Origin: Macrostomum hystrix
Lineage: Eukaryota; Animalia; Platyhelminthes
Direction of reading: 5' to 3'
NCBI GenBank assembly: GCA_950097015.1
Contig: CATNEN010000001.1
Location: 27,404,001-27,468,000, forward strand
DNA: 64,000 bases
Positions 22,699 to 34,592 of this stretch are shown here, one piece after another. A program made the position numbers and the translations under genes. Position 1 is the first letter of the stretch; every line of letters begins with the position of its first letter. Below the pieces are notes generated by a model. The model was given only the letters and a program-made list of their open reading frames with translations. It was not told where the DNA came from and did no database searches.

Positions 22699-24487
22699 AT
22701 GGAAAACGAAAAACAATGGAAGAAACTAACTTACGGTGAGTCCATCTCGGGCTTAATAATATTATTGATAATTGCAGGAGGGCTGCGGTCAATGGCTCAT
22801 TAATTGATGACACTAGACCCACAGCCAGCGAGGTGGCAATTCTCCCCATTTCGCTGACTGGTCACACAGGTGTGTACATCTGCCATGACTTTCTCATCGT
22901 CAGGCAGTGTACACTCTTACTGTACCTTGGAGGTTGGCCCTCAAGGGCGCAAATTGCACGACAAACCCCAAGCCTTCTCTCTGCGACTGCGCCCAAAATA
23001 AATGTGGCCTCGCCGTGGAATCGAACTTGGGGACCGTGGTGCGAGAGGCAAACGCGTTGACCGCTCTGCCACCGACCCCCTCCATTTCAGGCTTAGTCTC
23101 AAGCGATCGTAAAGTAAGTGTCTTGCTCAAGTACACAATTGGCTTCCTTTGAGATGGGATTCGAACTCCCGACCTCTTGGTCTGGGTTCCGAGTATCCAT
23201 TGTGCCAACATCTCGTCTCGCTCGCAATCACTCACCTTCAGAGCGGAGCCAGGCGGATGCGGCAGCGCCTGAGAAGAACTCAGACGCTCGCAGGTCGGGC
23301 CAGGTGAAGTGGTTCAACCCGTCCCGGGGCTTCGGCTTCATCGTGCCCGATGACGGCGGGCTGAACCTGTTCGTGCACCAGGTAGTTCCACTGTGCGGTT
23401 CTGTCCTGAGCTCGCTTGCAATGCGCCCGTCTCACCTAAACCACTCTCGCTCCCTCCGCTAGTCCGCCCTCGCCATGCCCGGATTTCGTCACCTGGCCGC
23501 CGAGGAGCGAGTGGAATTCGAGACCCTGGCCTCCGCCAAGGGACTGGAGGCCTGCCGAGTCACTGGGCCTGGCGGCGTCCCGTGCCGCGGCACCCAGCGT
23601 CCGAGTATCGCCAACGAAGCTAGGAAGAAGCAGATTGTGACGTGCGAATTTTGGGTTGGGCAATCAAGGCGTAATAATAACATAATAATCTTTTCAGCAG
23701 GCTTGAGCACTTTTTTTAGGGCCCGAAGACCCGAAGTCAACGAGCAGGCTACTCCGCACATTTCACTGACCCCTGAGTACAGACGCACACAGATACCGTA
23801 CACAGGCAGACATGTACATCTGCCCTGACTTCTCATCGTCAGGCAGCGTGCACTCTCCACTGTGCCATGTGTGTAGGCCCTCAAGTGAATGTGGCCTCGC
23901 CGCGGAATCGAGTTTTGGGACTATCGTGGGAGCAACAAACGCGTGAACTGCTCAGCTACTCGCCACCTGCTATTGAGGGGTATTGTACAGTGTGCTTTTC
24001 CAAGAAATTTCAAGAGGTCTGAGAACCTTTAACGGTAGAAAGGCCATTACCGCAAGGCACTACTTTGCAGCCCTCCAACTAAGCCCCGAAATAATCGTGA
24101 CTTGGAGGGAGGAACGAACCAGCGACCTTTGGAAAGTGAGCGGAAAATTTTAGCCCGTTTTCTGGATTTTCAAACCGATTAGTTAACTACAGAAGATACA
24201 GATACAGAGAGCCCTAAAAAAGCTGCCGCAATCACTGCACTCCAATCAGGTGCTACAACTGCGGCCAGGTAGCCCGTCACCTGGCCGCTGACTGCCCTCT
24301 CGGCCAACTCCCAAAGAGCTGCTACTGCTGCCGCTCCGTCAGCCATCTTGTCTCCGACTGCCCGAAGCGCAGCGCTGCCGGCGCCACCGATGACCATTCC
24401 GCCACAGTTGCCGCTGACGCTGCCGCAGACGGGAAAGGACCGGCGGCTGCTTTTGTTGTCAAGTCGAAGCTGGACAAGCGATCATAA
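22699..24487 (+). CDS. LIN28: Lin-28 homolog (cold-shock domain plus two CCHC knuckles), 197 aa, 4 coding exons
   Basis: Exons 22699-22735, 23242-23381, 23463-23641 and 24250-24487 join in frame. [35 protein letters not shown]; [15 protein letters not shown]; [14 protein letters not shown]. Confidence 0.93.
22755..23079 (-). mobile_element. SINE family A, copy 6 (LIN28 intron 1)
   Basis: Intact A and B boxes, core and tail on the minus strand. Confidence 0.85.
23100..23220 (-). mobile_element. CORE-type SINE 5' fragment
   Basis: B-box GAGTTCGAATCCC and GTGTACTTGAGCAAGACACTT on the minus strand. Confidence 0.55.
23671..23968 (-). mobile_element. SINE family A, copy 7, internally deleted (LIN28 intron 3)
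   Basis: Core CTGACGATGAGAAGTCAGGGCAGATGTACA and a head remnant. Confidence 0.7.
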
Positions 24488-24578
24488 CTGCCTGCCCATG
24501 ACGCTAATCGTTTCAGATCGGCTACCTGACATCATTCTACTAAGTGCTGCATGTTCTTTTATCAGTGAATTCCATCAA

Positions 24579-25091
24579 TCAAGTCCCACTGCCTCCCACT
24601 CGAGTCCCACTGCCTCCCACTCGAGTCCCACTGCCTCCCACTCGAGTCCCACTGCCTCCCACTCGAGTCCCACTGCCTCCCACTCGAGTCCCACTGCCTC
24701 CCACTCGAGTCCCACTGCCTCCCACTCGAGTCCCACTGCCTCCCACTCGAGTCCCACTGCCTCCCACTCGAGTCCTACTGCCTCCCACTCGAGTCCCACT
24801 GCCTCCCACTCGAGTCCCACTGCCTCCCACTCGAGTCCCACTGCCTCCCACTCGAGTCCCACTGCCTCCCACTCGAGTCCCACTGCCTCCCACTCGAGTC
24901 CCACTGCCTCCCACTCGAGTCCCACTGCCTCCCACTCGAGTCCCACTGCCTCCCACTCGAGTCCCACTGCCTCCCACTCGAGTCCCACTGCCTCCCACTC
25001 GAGTCCCACTGCCTCCCACTCGAGTCCCACTGCCTCCCACTCGAGTCCCACTGCCTCCCACTCGAGTCCCACTGCCTCCCACTCGAGTCCC
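24579..25091. repeat. 21-bp minisatellite (TCGAGTCCCACTGCCTCCCAC) x~24
   Basis: Near-perfect tandem array just after the LIN28 stop codon. Confidence 0.95.
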
Positions 25092-25379
25092 TCTTTTGTA
25101 AGAGCCTCTTTTGTCCTAAAAGAAGACAAAATTTTTATGTTTCTGTACACGAGTTTGACCTTGTCAGTCTTAAGCAGGTTTTCTGTTCATTTTTATTTAA
25201 GGAGACCACTATAGACGTAGAACAGTTGAAAGAAATGTCAAAGCACTTGAGTATTGTGCGTTTGTCAGCACACATATTACTATAGTCTTGTGCTTTTAGA
25301 ATGTCATGATTTTTGTCTGCGATACTGACAGGTACAAAGTGTCTCTCAGTCGGTAGGGGTTGGGTGGCAGTGGTGTATC

Positions 25380-25455
25380 GGGGTTGCAGTGCACACACTG
25401 GGGTTGCAGTGCACACACTGGGGTTGCAGTGCACACACTGTGGTTGCAGTGCACA
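25380..25455. repeat. 20-bp minisatellite, reverse complement of the MARVEL intron-2 unit
   Basis: (GGGGTTGCAGTGCACACACT) x~4. Confidence 0.9.
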
Positions 25456-25912
25456 TATAATTAAATATATTTATTTAGAGGAAAATTAGCTTAATGAGGG
25501 GAGCTATATGGCCCAGGTTCCATGTACAGCGCTCCATGTACTGTCTTCTAGGGGTCACGTGAGTGTTTGGGGTGGCGCTGCGGACTCCCGGTCTAACCTA
25601 AATACGAGTACATAGGCACACTCTGGTGAGGCCTTTAACTTCTCCTGGTTGGCTGATTCATTCTAGCTAATAACAGCTGGCAACAAGCCCCCACAGGACC
25701 AATCTGAACCCAATGCCCCCGCCAAGCTATTGCTAGGGAGTCTATATTGTTTATCGGATCTAGTTCTACCGGGATTTCAGCGAACGCTGGCAAAAGGAAC
25801 ATCACGAATTCCTCAGGCATTTGTGCGAGTCTCCGTGTCCACTTTTTATACTGGCGACTTCTCGATATCTGCCACCGGTGAGTGCCAGCCAAGCTATGCA
25901 ATTTTACATAGA

Positions 25913-27148
25913 TGGATGAGGGGGGAGAAAGGACTGGATGAGGGGGGGAGAAAGGACCATGAGGGGGAGAAAGGACTGGATGAGGGGGGAGAAAGGACTG
26001 GATGAGGGGGGAGAAAGGACCATGAGGGGGAGAAAGGACTGGATGAGGGGGGAGAAAGGACTGGATGAGGGGGTAGAAAGGACTGGATGAGGGTGGGAGA
26101 AAGGACTGGATGAGGGGGGGAGAAAGGACCATGAGGGGGAGAAAGGACTGGATGAGGGGGGAGAAAGGACTGGATGAAGGTGGGAGAAAGGACTGGATGA
26201 GGGGGGAGAAAGGACTGGATGAGGGTGGGAGAAAGGACTGGATGAGGGGGGAGAAAGGACTGGATGAGGGTGGGAGAAAGGACTGGATGAGGGTGGGAGA
26301 AAGGACTGGATGAGGGGGGAGAAAGGACTGGATGAGGGTGGGAGAAAGGACTGGATGAGGGTGGGAGAAAGGACTGGATGAGGGGGGAGTGTAGCGACTT
26401 TCGGTTACGCGACTTGTTTGTACTTGCTCTGATTGTGTCTCTCTTTTCTTTATCGCTGCACCCCCCTCCTTCCCCCTGCCCCTGCTACTCTCCACGATTG
26501 TACCCCAACCCCCCCTTTCGTCGCTTTCCTTTGTCTGCCTATGTACATCTGAGGCGGGGTTTAACCCTATCCTTACTATCGATCGCTTCTCTCTAGCCGC
26601 TAGTGTTGAGTTCAAATATAATGTCTCGCCCTCTGGGCTTTTGTGAGTCGTCCCCCATTGCGCTCTCTGTCTCGTTTGAGGTTTGGCCGTAAAGACGGTC
26701 TCTTGCTGCGAAGATTCAATTAATTGCATGACTTCAACTCGCTTCGCTTCTTAATTCACTCGAAGTAAACACATTCGAGGACTGGATGAGGGTGGGAGAA
26801 AGGACTGGATGAGGGGGGGAGAAAGGACCATGAGGGGGAGAAAGGACTGGATGAGGGGGGAGAAAGGACTGGATGAGGGGGGAGAAAGGACCATGAGGGG
26901 GAGAAAGGACTGGGTGAGGGTGGAGAAAGGACTGGATGAGGGGGAGAAAGGACTGGATGAGGGGGGAGAAAGGACTGGATGAGGGGGAGAAAGGACTGGA
27001 TGAGGGGGGAGAAAGGACTGGATGAGGGGGAGAAAGGACTGGATGAGGGGGGGAGAAAGGGCTGGATGAGGGGGGAGAAAGGACTGGATGAGGGGGGAGA
27101 AAGGACTGGATGAGGTGGGAGAAAGGACTGGATGAGGGGGGAGAAAGA
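25913..27148. repeat. GA-rich ~22-bp minisatellite (GGAGAAAGGACTGGATGAGGGG)n, split by a unique insert
   Basis: Arrays at 25913-26388 and 26778-27148. Confidence 0.92.
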
Positions 27149-27260
27149 GCTGACAAGTGAGCTAGAGTTCGAGAAACGAGATACGAGACACGAGATTTGA
27201 CACTGAGTCACAGTGCTCAATGCGCAATTTCTAAAGACAGCTGCGGGCCAAGCAAAGCCA

Positions 27261-28619
27261 ATGAGTGAAGTGGATGGCTTTGAGAGACGTCGAGATGCTC
27301 GCCCCAGTCCCGGCATCGGACTGGACTGCTCATTCATAACATCCTGGACGGGAATTCTGCTCATTGCCGCCTTTGTCAGCTCAGTACTGGAGGTCATCTG
27401 CAGCTCATTAAAGCCTTTTGTGTATCTGGGCGGCGCCTTCATCACCTTCACTGGCACCCTCGGCTCTGTCGTCTGCGGAATCATCTTCCTGCTGTACCTG
27501 TTCCGCATCGTGCCCAGCGTGCCCGGACCCTGCGGATTGGTGGTGAGTAACACCTGTGACTAGCACCTGTGTCTAGCACCTGTGTCCAACACCTGTGTCT
27601 AACACCTGTGTCTAACACCTGTGTCTAACACCTGTGTCTAACTCCACCTGTGTCTAACACCTGTGTCTAACACCACCTGTGTCTAACTCCACCTGTGTTT
27701 AACACCTGTGTCTAACACTTGTTTCTAACACCTGTGTCTAACACCTGTGTCTAACACCTGTGTCTAACACCTGTGTCTAACACCTGTGTCTAACACCTGT
27801 GTCTAACACCTGTGTCTAACACCTGTATCCAACGCCTGTGTCTAGCTTAACCTGCATATTATCTCGCTAGTATTTCAAACCAATGATGTCTAAAATTGCC
27901 ACATTAATATGGTTATTATCACTTGATTGCACAGAAAAATGTCTGCTTTCAGATGCTCGTGTACTTCTGTTCTGGAACTTTGATGGGCCTGATGGCCTAC
28001 TCAATTTCAGTGGCCTTCTCGGTGGCCGTTCATTCAGCGAAGAAGCTAGGCATCCCTGCTGTGTGCAGCGCTGTGAGTTTCTGCGGGCTTTTTGTACTTG
28101 AGTTGCAACCCCACAGTGTGCACTGCAACCCCAGTGTGTGCACTGCAACCCCAGTGTGTGCACTGCAACCCCAGTGTGTGCACTGCAACCCCTGTGTGCA
28201 CTGCAACCCCTGTGTGCACTGCAACCCCTGTGTGCACTGCAACCCCTGTGTGCACTGCAACCCCTGTGTGCACTGCAACCCCTGTGTGCACTGCAACCCC
28301 AGTGTGTGCACTGCAACCCCTGTGTGCACTGCAACCCCTGTGTGCACTGCAACCCCTGTGTGCACTGCAACCCCTGTGTGCACTGCAACCCCTGTGTGCA
28401 CTGCAACCCCTGTGTGCACTGCAACCCCTGTGTGCACTGCAACCCCTGTGTGCACTGCGACCCCAATCAGTGACTCGAATCTCGCACCTGTCAACTGCTC
28501 AGGTGTTCTCGGGTATCGCCATGATTGTTCACGGAGTCCTGGCCTTCCTGATGTTCCTGAAGTGGCAGGTGTTGAAACGCGACTTTCATCGGGGCGAGTG
28601 CGGCAACTTGGTTGCCTGA
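27261..28619 (+). CDS. MARVEL-domain four-TM protein (plasmolipin/CMTM/MAL-like), paralog 1, 172 aa
   Basis: Exons 27261-27542, 27953-28072 and 28503-28619, all phase 0, GT-AG. FITSWTGILLIAAFV MARVEL-type first helix; four hydrophobic segments. Confidence 0.8.
27548..27846. repeat. 13-bp intronic minisatellite (CACCTGTGTCTAA)n
   Basis: Tandem array in intron 1. Confidence 0.93.
28103..28464. repeat. 18/20-bp intronic minisatellite (GTGTGCACTGCAACCCCT / GTGTGTGCACTGCAACCCCA)
   Basis: Tandem array in intron 2. Confidence 0.93.
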
Positions 28620-29119
28620 GCTGCCACGGTCGGATGGCTCGCAGCGTCAGCCTGATTTATGGAGGCCACGGTTGCTAGGCTGAAATTTGAAGGCTGTAGC
28701 TTTAAATTTAGCTTTGTTTTTTATTATATGTCGTAGTTTAGTAGGCACTGAGGCAGTGTAAGTGCTTTTATAATCCGCAGAGTGTTTAGAATCATTTGAT
28801 ATTATAGATCGGTCCTAAATAGACATGCATTAGCACGTGTTCTATGATTCGTATATTTCGTGAACTTTAAGAAAGCTGTTTACTTGCACCCGCTTTTGAC
28901 CAAGTGAATACGCATTTGCATAGTTAATAAGTAACATTCTCAGCACAAAAACTTGATTACTGATTGCATGCATTCCTGCCTTACTAAGTACCCTAATATT
29001 CTAGCATATGAACTTGCCATTTCAACACCTTTCTGGTGGCCCAACACACTATTTCCTCCTTGTCAACGGGCTGGCAGACACCCTGAGCAGCCAAAAATAC
29101 CCCCCTCCTCAGCAGGCAA

Positions 29120-29492
29120 CCAAATCCAACTGTCTTCCACTGAAATCACACTGTCTACAGACTGAAATCCCACTGTCTTCCACTGAAATCCAACTGTCTT
29201 CCACTGAAATCCAACTGTCTTCCATTGAAATCCAACTGTCTTCCATTGAAATCCCACTGTCTTCCATTGAAATCCCACTGTCTTCCACTGAAATCCCACT
29301 GTCTTGCACTGAAATCCCATTGTCTTCCACTGAAATCCCACTGTCTTCCACTGAAATCCAACTGTCTTCCACTGAAATCCAACTGTTTTCCACTGAAATC
29401 CAACTGTCTTCCACTGAAATCCAACTGTCTTCCACTGAAATCCCACTGTCTTCCACTGAAATCCAACTGTATTCCACTGAAATCCCGCTGTC
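29120..29492. repeat. 21-bp minisatellite (ACTGAAATCCMACTGTCTTCC)n
   Basis: Tandem array. Confidence 0.93.
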
Positions 29493-29496
29493 AAAG

Positions 29497-29660
29497 AAAG
29501 AAAGAAGTGGCTGAGGGGGAGAAAGGAGTGGCTGGGGGGAGAAAGGAGTTGCTGGGGGAGAAAGGAGTGGCTGGGGGAGAAAGAAGTGGCTGAGGGGAGA
29601 AAGAAGTGGCTTGGGGGAGAAAGGAGGTGGCTGGGGGGAGAAAGGAGTGGCTGGGGTGAG
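29497..29660. repeat. GA-rich ~21-bp minisatellite (GGAGAAAGGAGTGGCTGGGG)n
   Basis: Degenerate tandem array related to the one at 25913-27148. Confidence 0.85.
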
Positions 29661-29702
29661 AATTTAATTTATTTTGGCAATAATATTATGCAGTTATTTG
29701 CA

Positions 29703-32100
29703 ATACTTCAGAATGGGATACTTTAGAATGGGATACTTTAGAATGGGATACTTTAGAATGGGATACTTTAGAATGGGATACTTCAGAATGGGATACTTCA
29801 GAATGGGATATTTCAGAATGGGATACTTCAGAATGGGATAATTCAGAATGGGATACTTCAGAATGGGATACTTCAGAATGGGATACTTCAGAATGGGATA
29901 CTTCAGAATGGGATACTTCAGAATGGGATATTTTAGAATGGGATACTTCAGAATGGGATACTTCAGAATGGGATACTTCAGAATGGGATACTTCAGAATG
30001 GGATACTTCAGAATGGGATACTTCAGAATGGGATACTTCAGAATGGGATACTTCAGAATGGGATATTTCAGAATGGGATACTTCAGAATGGGATATTTCA
30101 GAATGGGATACTTCAGAATGGGATACTTCAGAATGGGATACTTTAGAATGGGATACTTCAGAATGGGATACTTCAGAATGGGATACTTTAGAATGGGATA
30201 CTTTAGAATGGGATACTTTAGAATGGGATACTTTAGAATGGGATACTTTAGAATGGGATACTTTAGAATGGGATACTTCAGAATGGGATACTTCAGAATG
30301 GGATATTTTAGAATGGGATACTTCAGAATGGGATACTTCAGAATGGGATACTTTAGAATGGGATACTTCAGAATGGGATACTTCAGAATGGGATACTTCA
30401 GAATGGGATACTTCAGAATGGGATACTTCAGAATGGGATACTTCAGAATGGGATATTTCAGAATGGGATACTTCAGAATGGGATATTTCAGAATGGGATA
30501 CTTCAGAATGGGATACTTCAGAATGGGATATTTTAGAATGGGATACTTCAGAATGGGATATTTTAGAATGGGATACTTCAGAATGGGATACTTTAGAATG
30601 GGGTACTTTAGAATGGGATACTTCAGAATGGGATACTTCAGAATGGGATACTTTAGAATGGGATACTTTAGAATGGGATACTTTAGAATGGGATACTTCA
30701 GAATGGGATACTTTAGAATGGGAAACTTCAGAATGGGAAACTTCAGAATGGGATACTTCAGAATGGGATACTTTAGAATGGGATATTTCAGAATGGGATA
30801 CTTTAGAATGGGATACTTTAGAATGGGATACTTTAGAATGGGATACTTTAGAATGGGATACTTCAGAATGGGATACTTCAGAATGGGATACTTTAGAATG
30901 GGATACTTCAGAATGGGAAACTTCAGAATGGGATACTTCAGAATGGGAAACTTCAGAATGGGATACTTCAGAATGGGATACTTTAGAATGGGATACTTCA
31001 GAATGGGATACTTCAGAATGGGAAACTTCAGAATGGGATACTTCAGAATGGGATACTTTAGAATGGGATACTTTAGAATGGGGTACTTCAGAATGGGATA
31101 CTTCAGAATGGGATACTTCAGAATGGGATATTTCAGAATGGGATACTTCAGAATGGGATACTTCAGAATGGGATACTTTAGAATGGGATACTTTAGAATG
31201 GGATACTTCAGAATGAGATACTTCAGAATGGGATACTTCAGAATGGGATACTTCAGAATGGGAAACTTCAGAATGGGATACTTCAGAATGGGAAACTTCA
31301 GAATGGGATACTTCAGAATGGGATATTTTAGAATGGGAAACTTCAGAATGGGATACTTCAGAATGGGATACTTCAGAATGGGATATTTTAGAATGGGATA
31401 CTTCAGAATGGGATACTTCAGAATGGGATACTTCAGAATGAGATACTTCAGAATGGGATATTTTAGAATGGGAAACTTCAGAATGGGATACTTCAGAATG
31501 GGATACTTCAGAATGGGATACTTCAGAATGGGATACTTCAGAATGGGATACTTCAGAATGGGATACTTCAGAATGGGATACTTCAGAATGGGAAACTTCA
31601 GAATGGGATACTTCAGAATGGGATACTTCAGAATGGGATACTTCAGAATGGGATACTTCAGAATGGGATACTTCAGAATGGGATACTTCAGAATGGGATA
31701 CTTCAGAATGGGATACTTCAGAATGGGATATTTCAGAATGGGATACTTCAGAATGGGATACTTCAGAATGGGATACTTCAGAATGGGATACTTCAGAATG
31801 GGATACTTCAGAATGGGATACTTCAGAATGAGATACTTCAGAATGGGATATTTTAGAATGGGATACTTCAGAATGGGATACTTCAGAATGGGATACTTCA
31901 GAATGGGATACTTCAGAATGGGATACTTCAGAATGGGATATTTCAGAATGGGATACTTCAGAATGGGATACTTCAGAATGGGATACTTCAGAATGGGATA
32001 CTTCAGAATGGGATACTTCAGAATGGGATACTTCAGAATGGGATACTTCAGAATGAGATACTTCAGAATGGGATATTTTAGAATGGGAAACTTCAGAATG
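29703..32100. repeat. 15-bp satellite (GATACTTYAGAATGG) x~160
   Basis: 2.4-kb tandem array. Confidence 0.97.
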
Positions 32101-32705
32101 CATTTTTCCTGATCATATTGTTTTGAATGTGATTCTTGAGAATTCATTGTTTTTAATTCGTCAGTAAAAATCGCATTTCCTTCCATCTTGGAGGCGAGAG
32201 AATAACAAAGCCAGCCAGACTTAAATTGCATCAGTTTGCTTGCACTATGCAATCAGTGTACTTAATGAATATGCATTTAGGCCAGAGGTGAGAAGTTTAC
32301 TATTTCTTAGATAAATCAGGCGTAGCTTAAACGGTATCATTCTAAAAAAATAATAATGAATATCGGTGAAGCCGTTCGCGAGATAATCGTATCACAAACA
32401 CATACAACAGAAGGCTGTGCTATAAATCCGTGGACTAGTTTAATATGCGAAATGATTGATTTCTACCTGCAGCGTCTGATACGCCGTATTTATTTAAACA
32501 TTGATTGCAGATGTACATTCTCTGTAAATATAAGCATGCTCTCTGCAGCTGAGATCATCAAGTGTGCTTAATCTGGCACATGATCCGAGCACAGTGTACC
32601 CTGCACCGCCACCCCCAAATATAAATAAGACTTGGCTTTCAATAATTTATGGTAGTAACGGCGGGCTGCTCAAATTCTCAAACCATAGCGAGCCAATTTT
32701 TAAGA

Positions 32706-34592
32706 ATGAGCGACGACGCCAAAATAACTGCCGCAGAGGGCGGGGGAGAAACTCACAAGACTCCCGGCATCGGACTGGATCAATTTCTAAAGACAGCTGC
32801 GGGCCAATCAAAGCGAATGAGTGAAGTGGGTGACTCTGAGAGACGTCAAGATGCTCGCCCCAGTCCCGGCATCGGACTGGACTGCTCATTCATAACATCC
32901 TGGACGGGAATTCTGCTCATTGCCGCCTTTGTCAGCTCAGTACTGGAGGTCATCTGCAGCTCATTTAGTCCGTTCGTGGTTCTGGGCGGCGCCTTCGTCA
33001 CCTTCACTGGCACCCTCGGCTCTGTCGTCTGCGGAATCATCTTCCTGCTGTACCTGTTCCGCATCGTGCCCAGCGTGCCCGGACCCTGCGGATTGGTGGT
33101 GAGTAACACCTGCGTCTAACACATGTGTCTAACACATGTGTCTAACACCTGTGTCTAACACCTGTGTCTAACAACTGTGTCTATACCTGTGTCTAACACC
33201 TGTGTCTAACACCTGTGTCTAACACCTGTGTCTAACACATGTGTCTAACACCTGTGTCTAACACCTGTTTCTAACAACTGTGTCTATACCTGTGTCTAAC
33301 ACCTGTGTCTAACGCCTGTGTCTAACAACTGTGTCTAATACTTAATACCTGTGTCTAACAGCACCTGTGTCTAAAACCACTTTTGTCTAACACCAGCTGT
33401 GTCTAACACCAGCCGTGTCTAACACCACGTGTTTCTAACAACACCTGTCTCTAACAACACCTGTTTCTAACACCACGTGTGTCTAACACAAACCGAGTCC
33501 AACACAAACTTTGTGTAACACCTGTGTCTAACAGCCTGCGCGTCCAACACAAAAATTTTACAAACACCGTGTGTGACACGTGTGTTCAACATAACAGGTG
33601 TCTAGCCTTACTTATGCTTAACGATTTTAAAGAAATTCGCTAAGCGCTGTTGACAACAAAACAATAATTTCTGCTTTCAGATGCTCGTGTACTTCTGTTC
33701 TGGAACTGTGATGGGCTTGCTGGCCTACTCAATTTCAGTGGCCTTCACGGTGGCCATTCATTCAATGAAGGAGCTGGGCGTCCCGGCTGTGTGCAGCGCT
33801 GTGAGTTTCTGCGGGGTTTTGGTACATGAGTTGCAACCCCAGTGTGTGCACTGCAACCCCAGTGTGTGCACTGCAACCCCAGTGTGTGCACTGCAACCCC
33901 AGTGTGTGCACTGCAACCCCAGTGTGTGCACTGCAACCCCAGTGTGTGTACTGCAACCCCAGTGTGTGCACTGCAACCCCAGTGTGTGCACTGCAACCCC
34001 AGTGTGTGCACTGCAACCCCAGTGTGTGCACTGCAACCCCAGTGTGTGCACTGCAACCCCAGTGTGTGCACTGCAACCCGTGTGTGCACTGCAACCCCAG
34101 TGTGTGCACTGCAACCCCAGTGTGTGCACTGCAACCCCAGTGTGTGCACTGCAACCCCAGTGTGTGCACTGCAACCCCAGTGTGTGTACTGCAACCCCAG
34201 TGTGTGCACTGCAACCCCAGTGTGTGCACTGCAACCCCAGTGTGTGCACTGCAACCCCAGTGTGTGCACTGCAACCCCAGTGTGTGCACTGCAACCCCAG
34301 TGTGTGCACTGCAACCTCAGTGTGTGCACTGCAACCCTAGTGTGTGCACTGCAACCCTAGTGTGTGCACTGCAACCCCAGTGTGTGCACTGCAACCCCAG
34401 TGTGTGCACTGCAACCCCAGTGTGTGCACTGCAACCCAATCAGTGACTCGAATCTCGCACCTGTCAACTGCTCAGGTGTTCTCGGGTATCGCCATGATAG
34501 TTCACGGAGTCCTGGCCTTCCTGATGTTCCTGAAGTGGCAGGTGTTGAAGCACGACTTTCATCGCGGCGAGTGCGGCAACTCGGTTGCCTGA
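32706..34592 (+). CDS. MARVEL-domain protein, paralog 2, 209 aa (172 aa if started at the second ATG)
   Basis: Exons 32706-33098, 33681-33800 and 34476-34592. Highly similar to paralog 1. Confidence 0.8.
33104..33605. repeat. 13-bp intronic minisatellite (CACCTGTGTCTAA)n with a degenerate 3' half
   Basis: Tandem array in intron 1. Confidence 0.9.
33832..34437. repeat. 20-bp intronic minisatellite (GTGTGTGCACTGCAACCCCA) x~30
   Basis: Tandem array in intron 2. Confidence 0.95.

Noticed and set aside
29686-32252. Three overlapping 754-852-aa ORFs
   Set aside because: They are translations of a stop-poor 15-bp satellite on both strands, with no splice or domain context.
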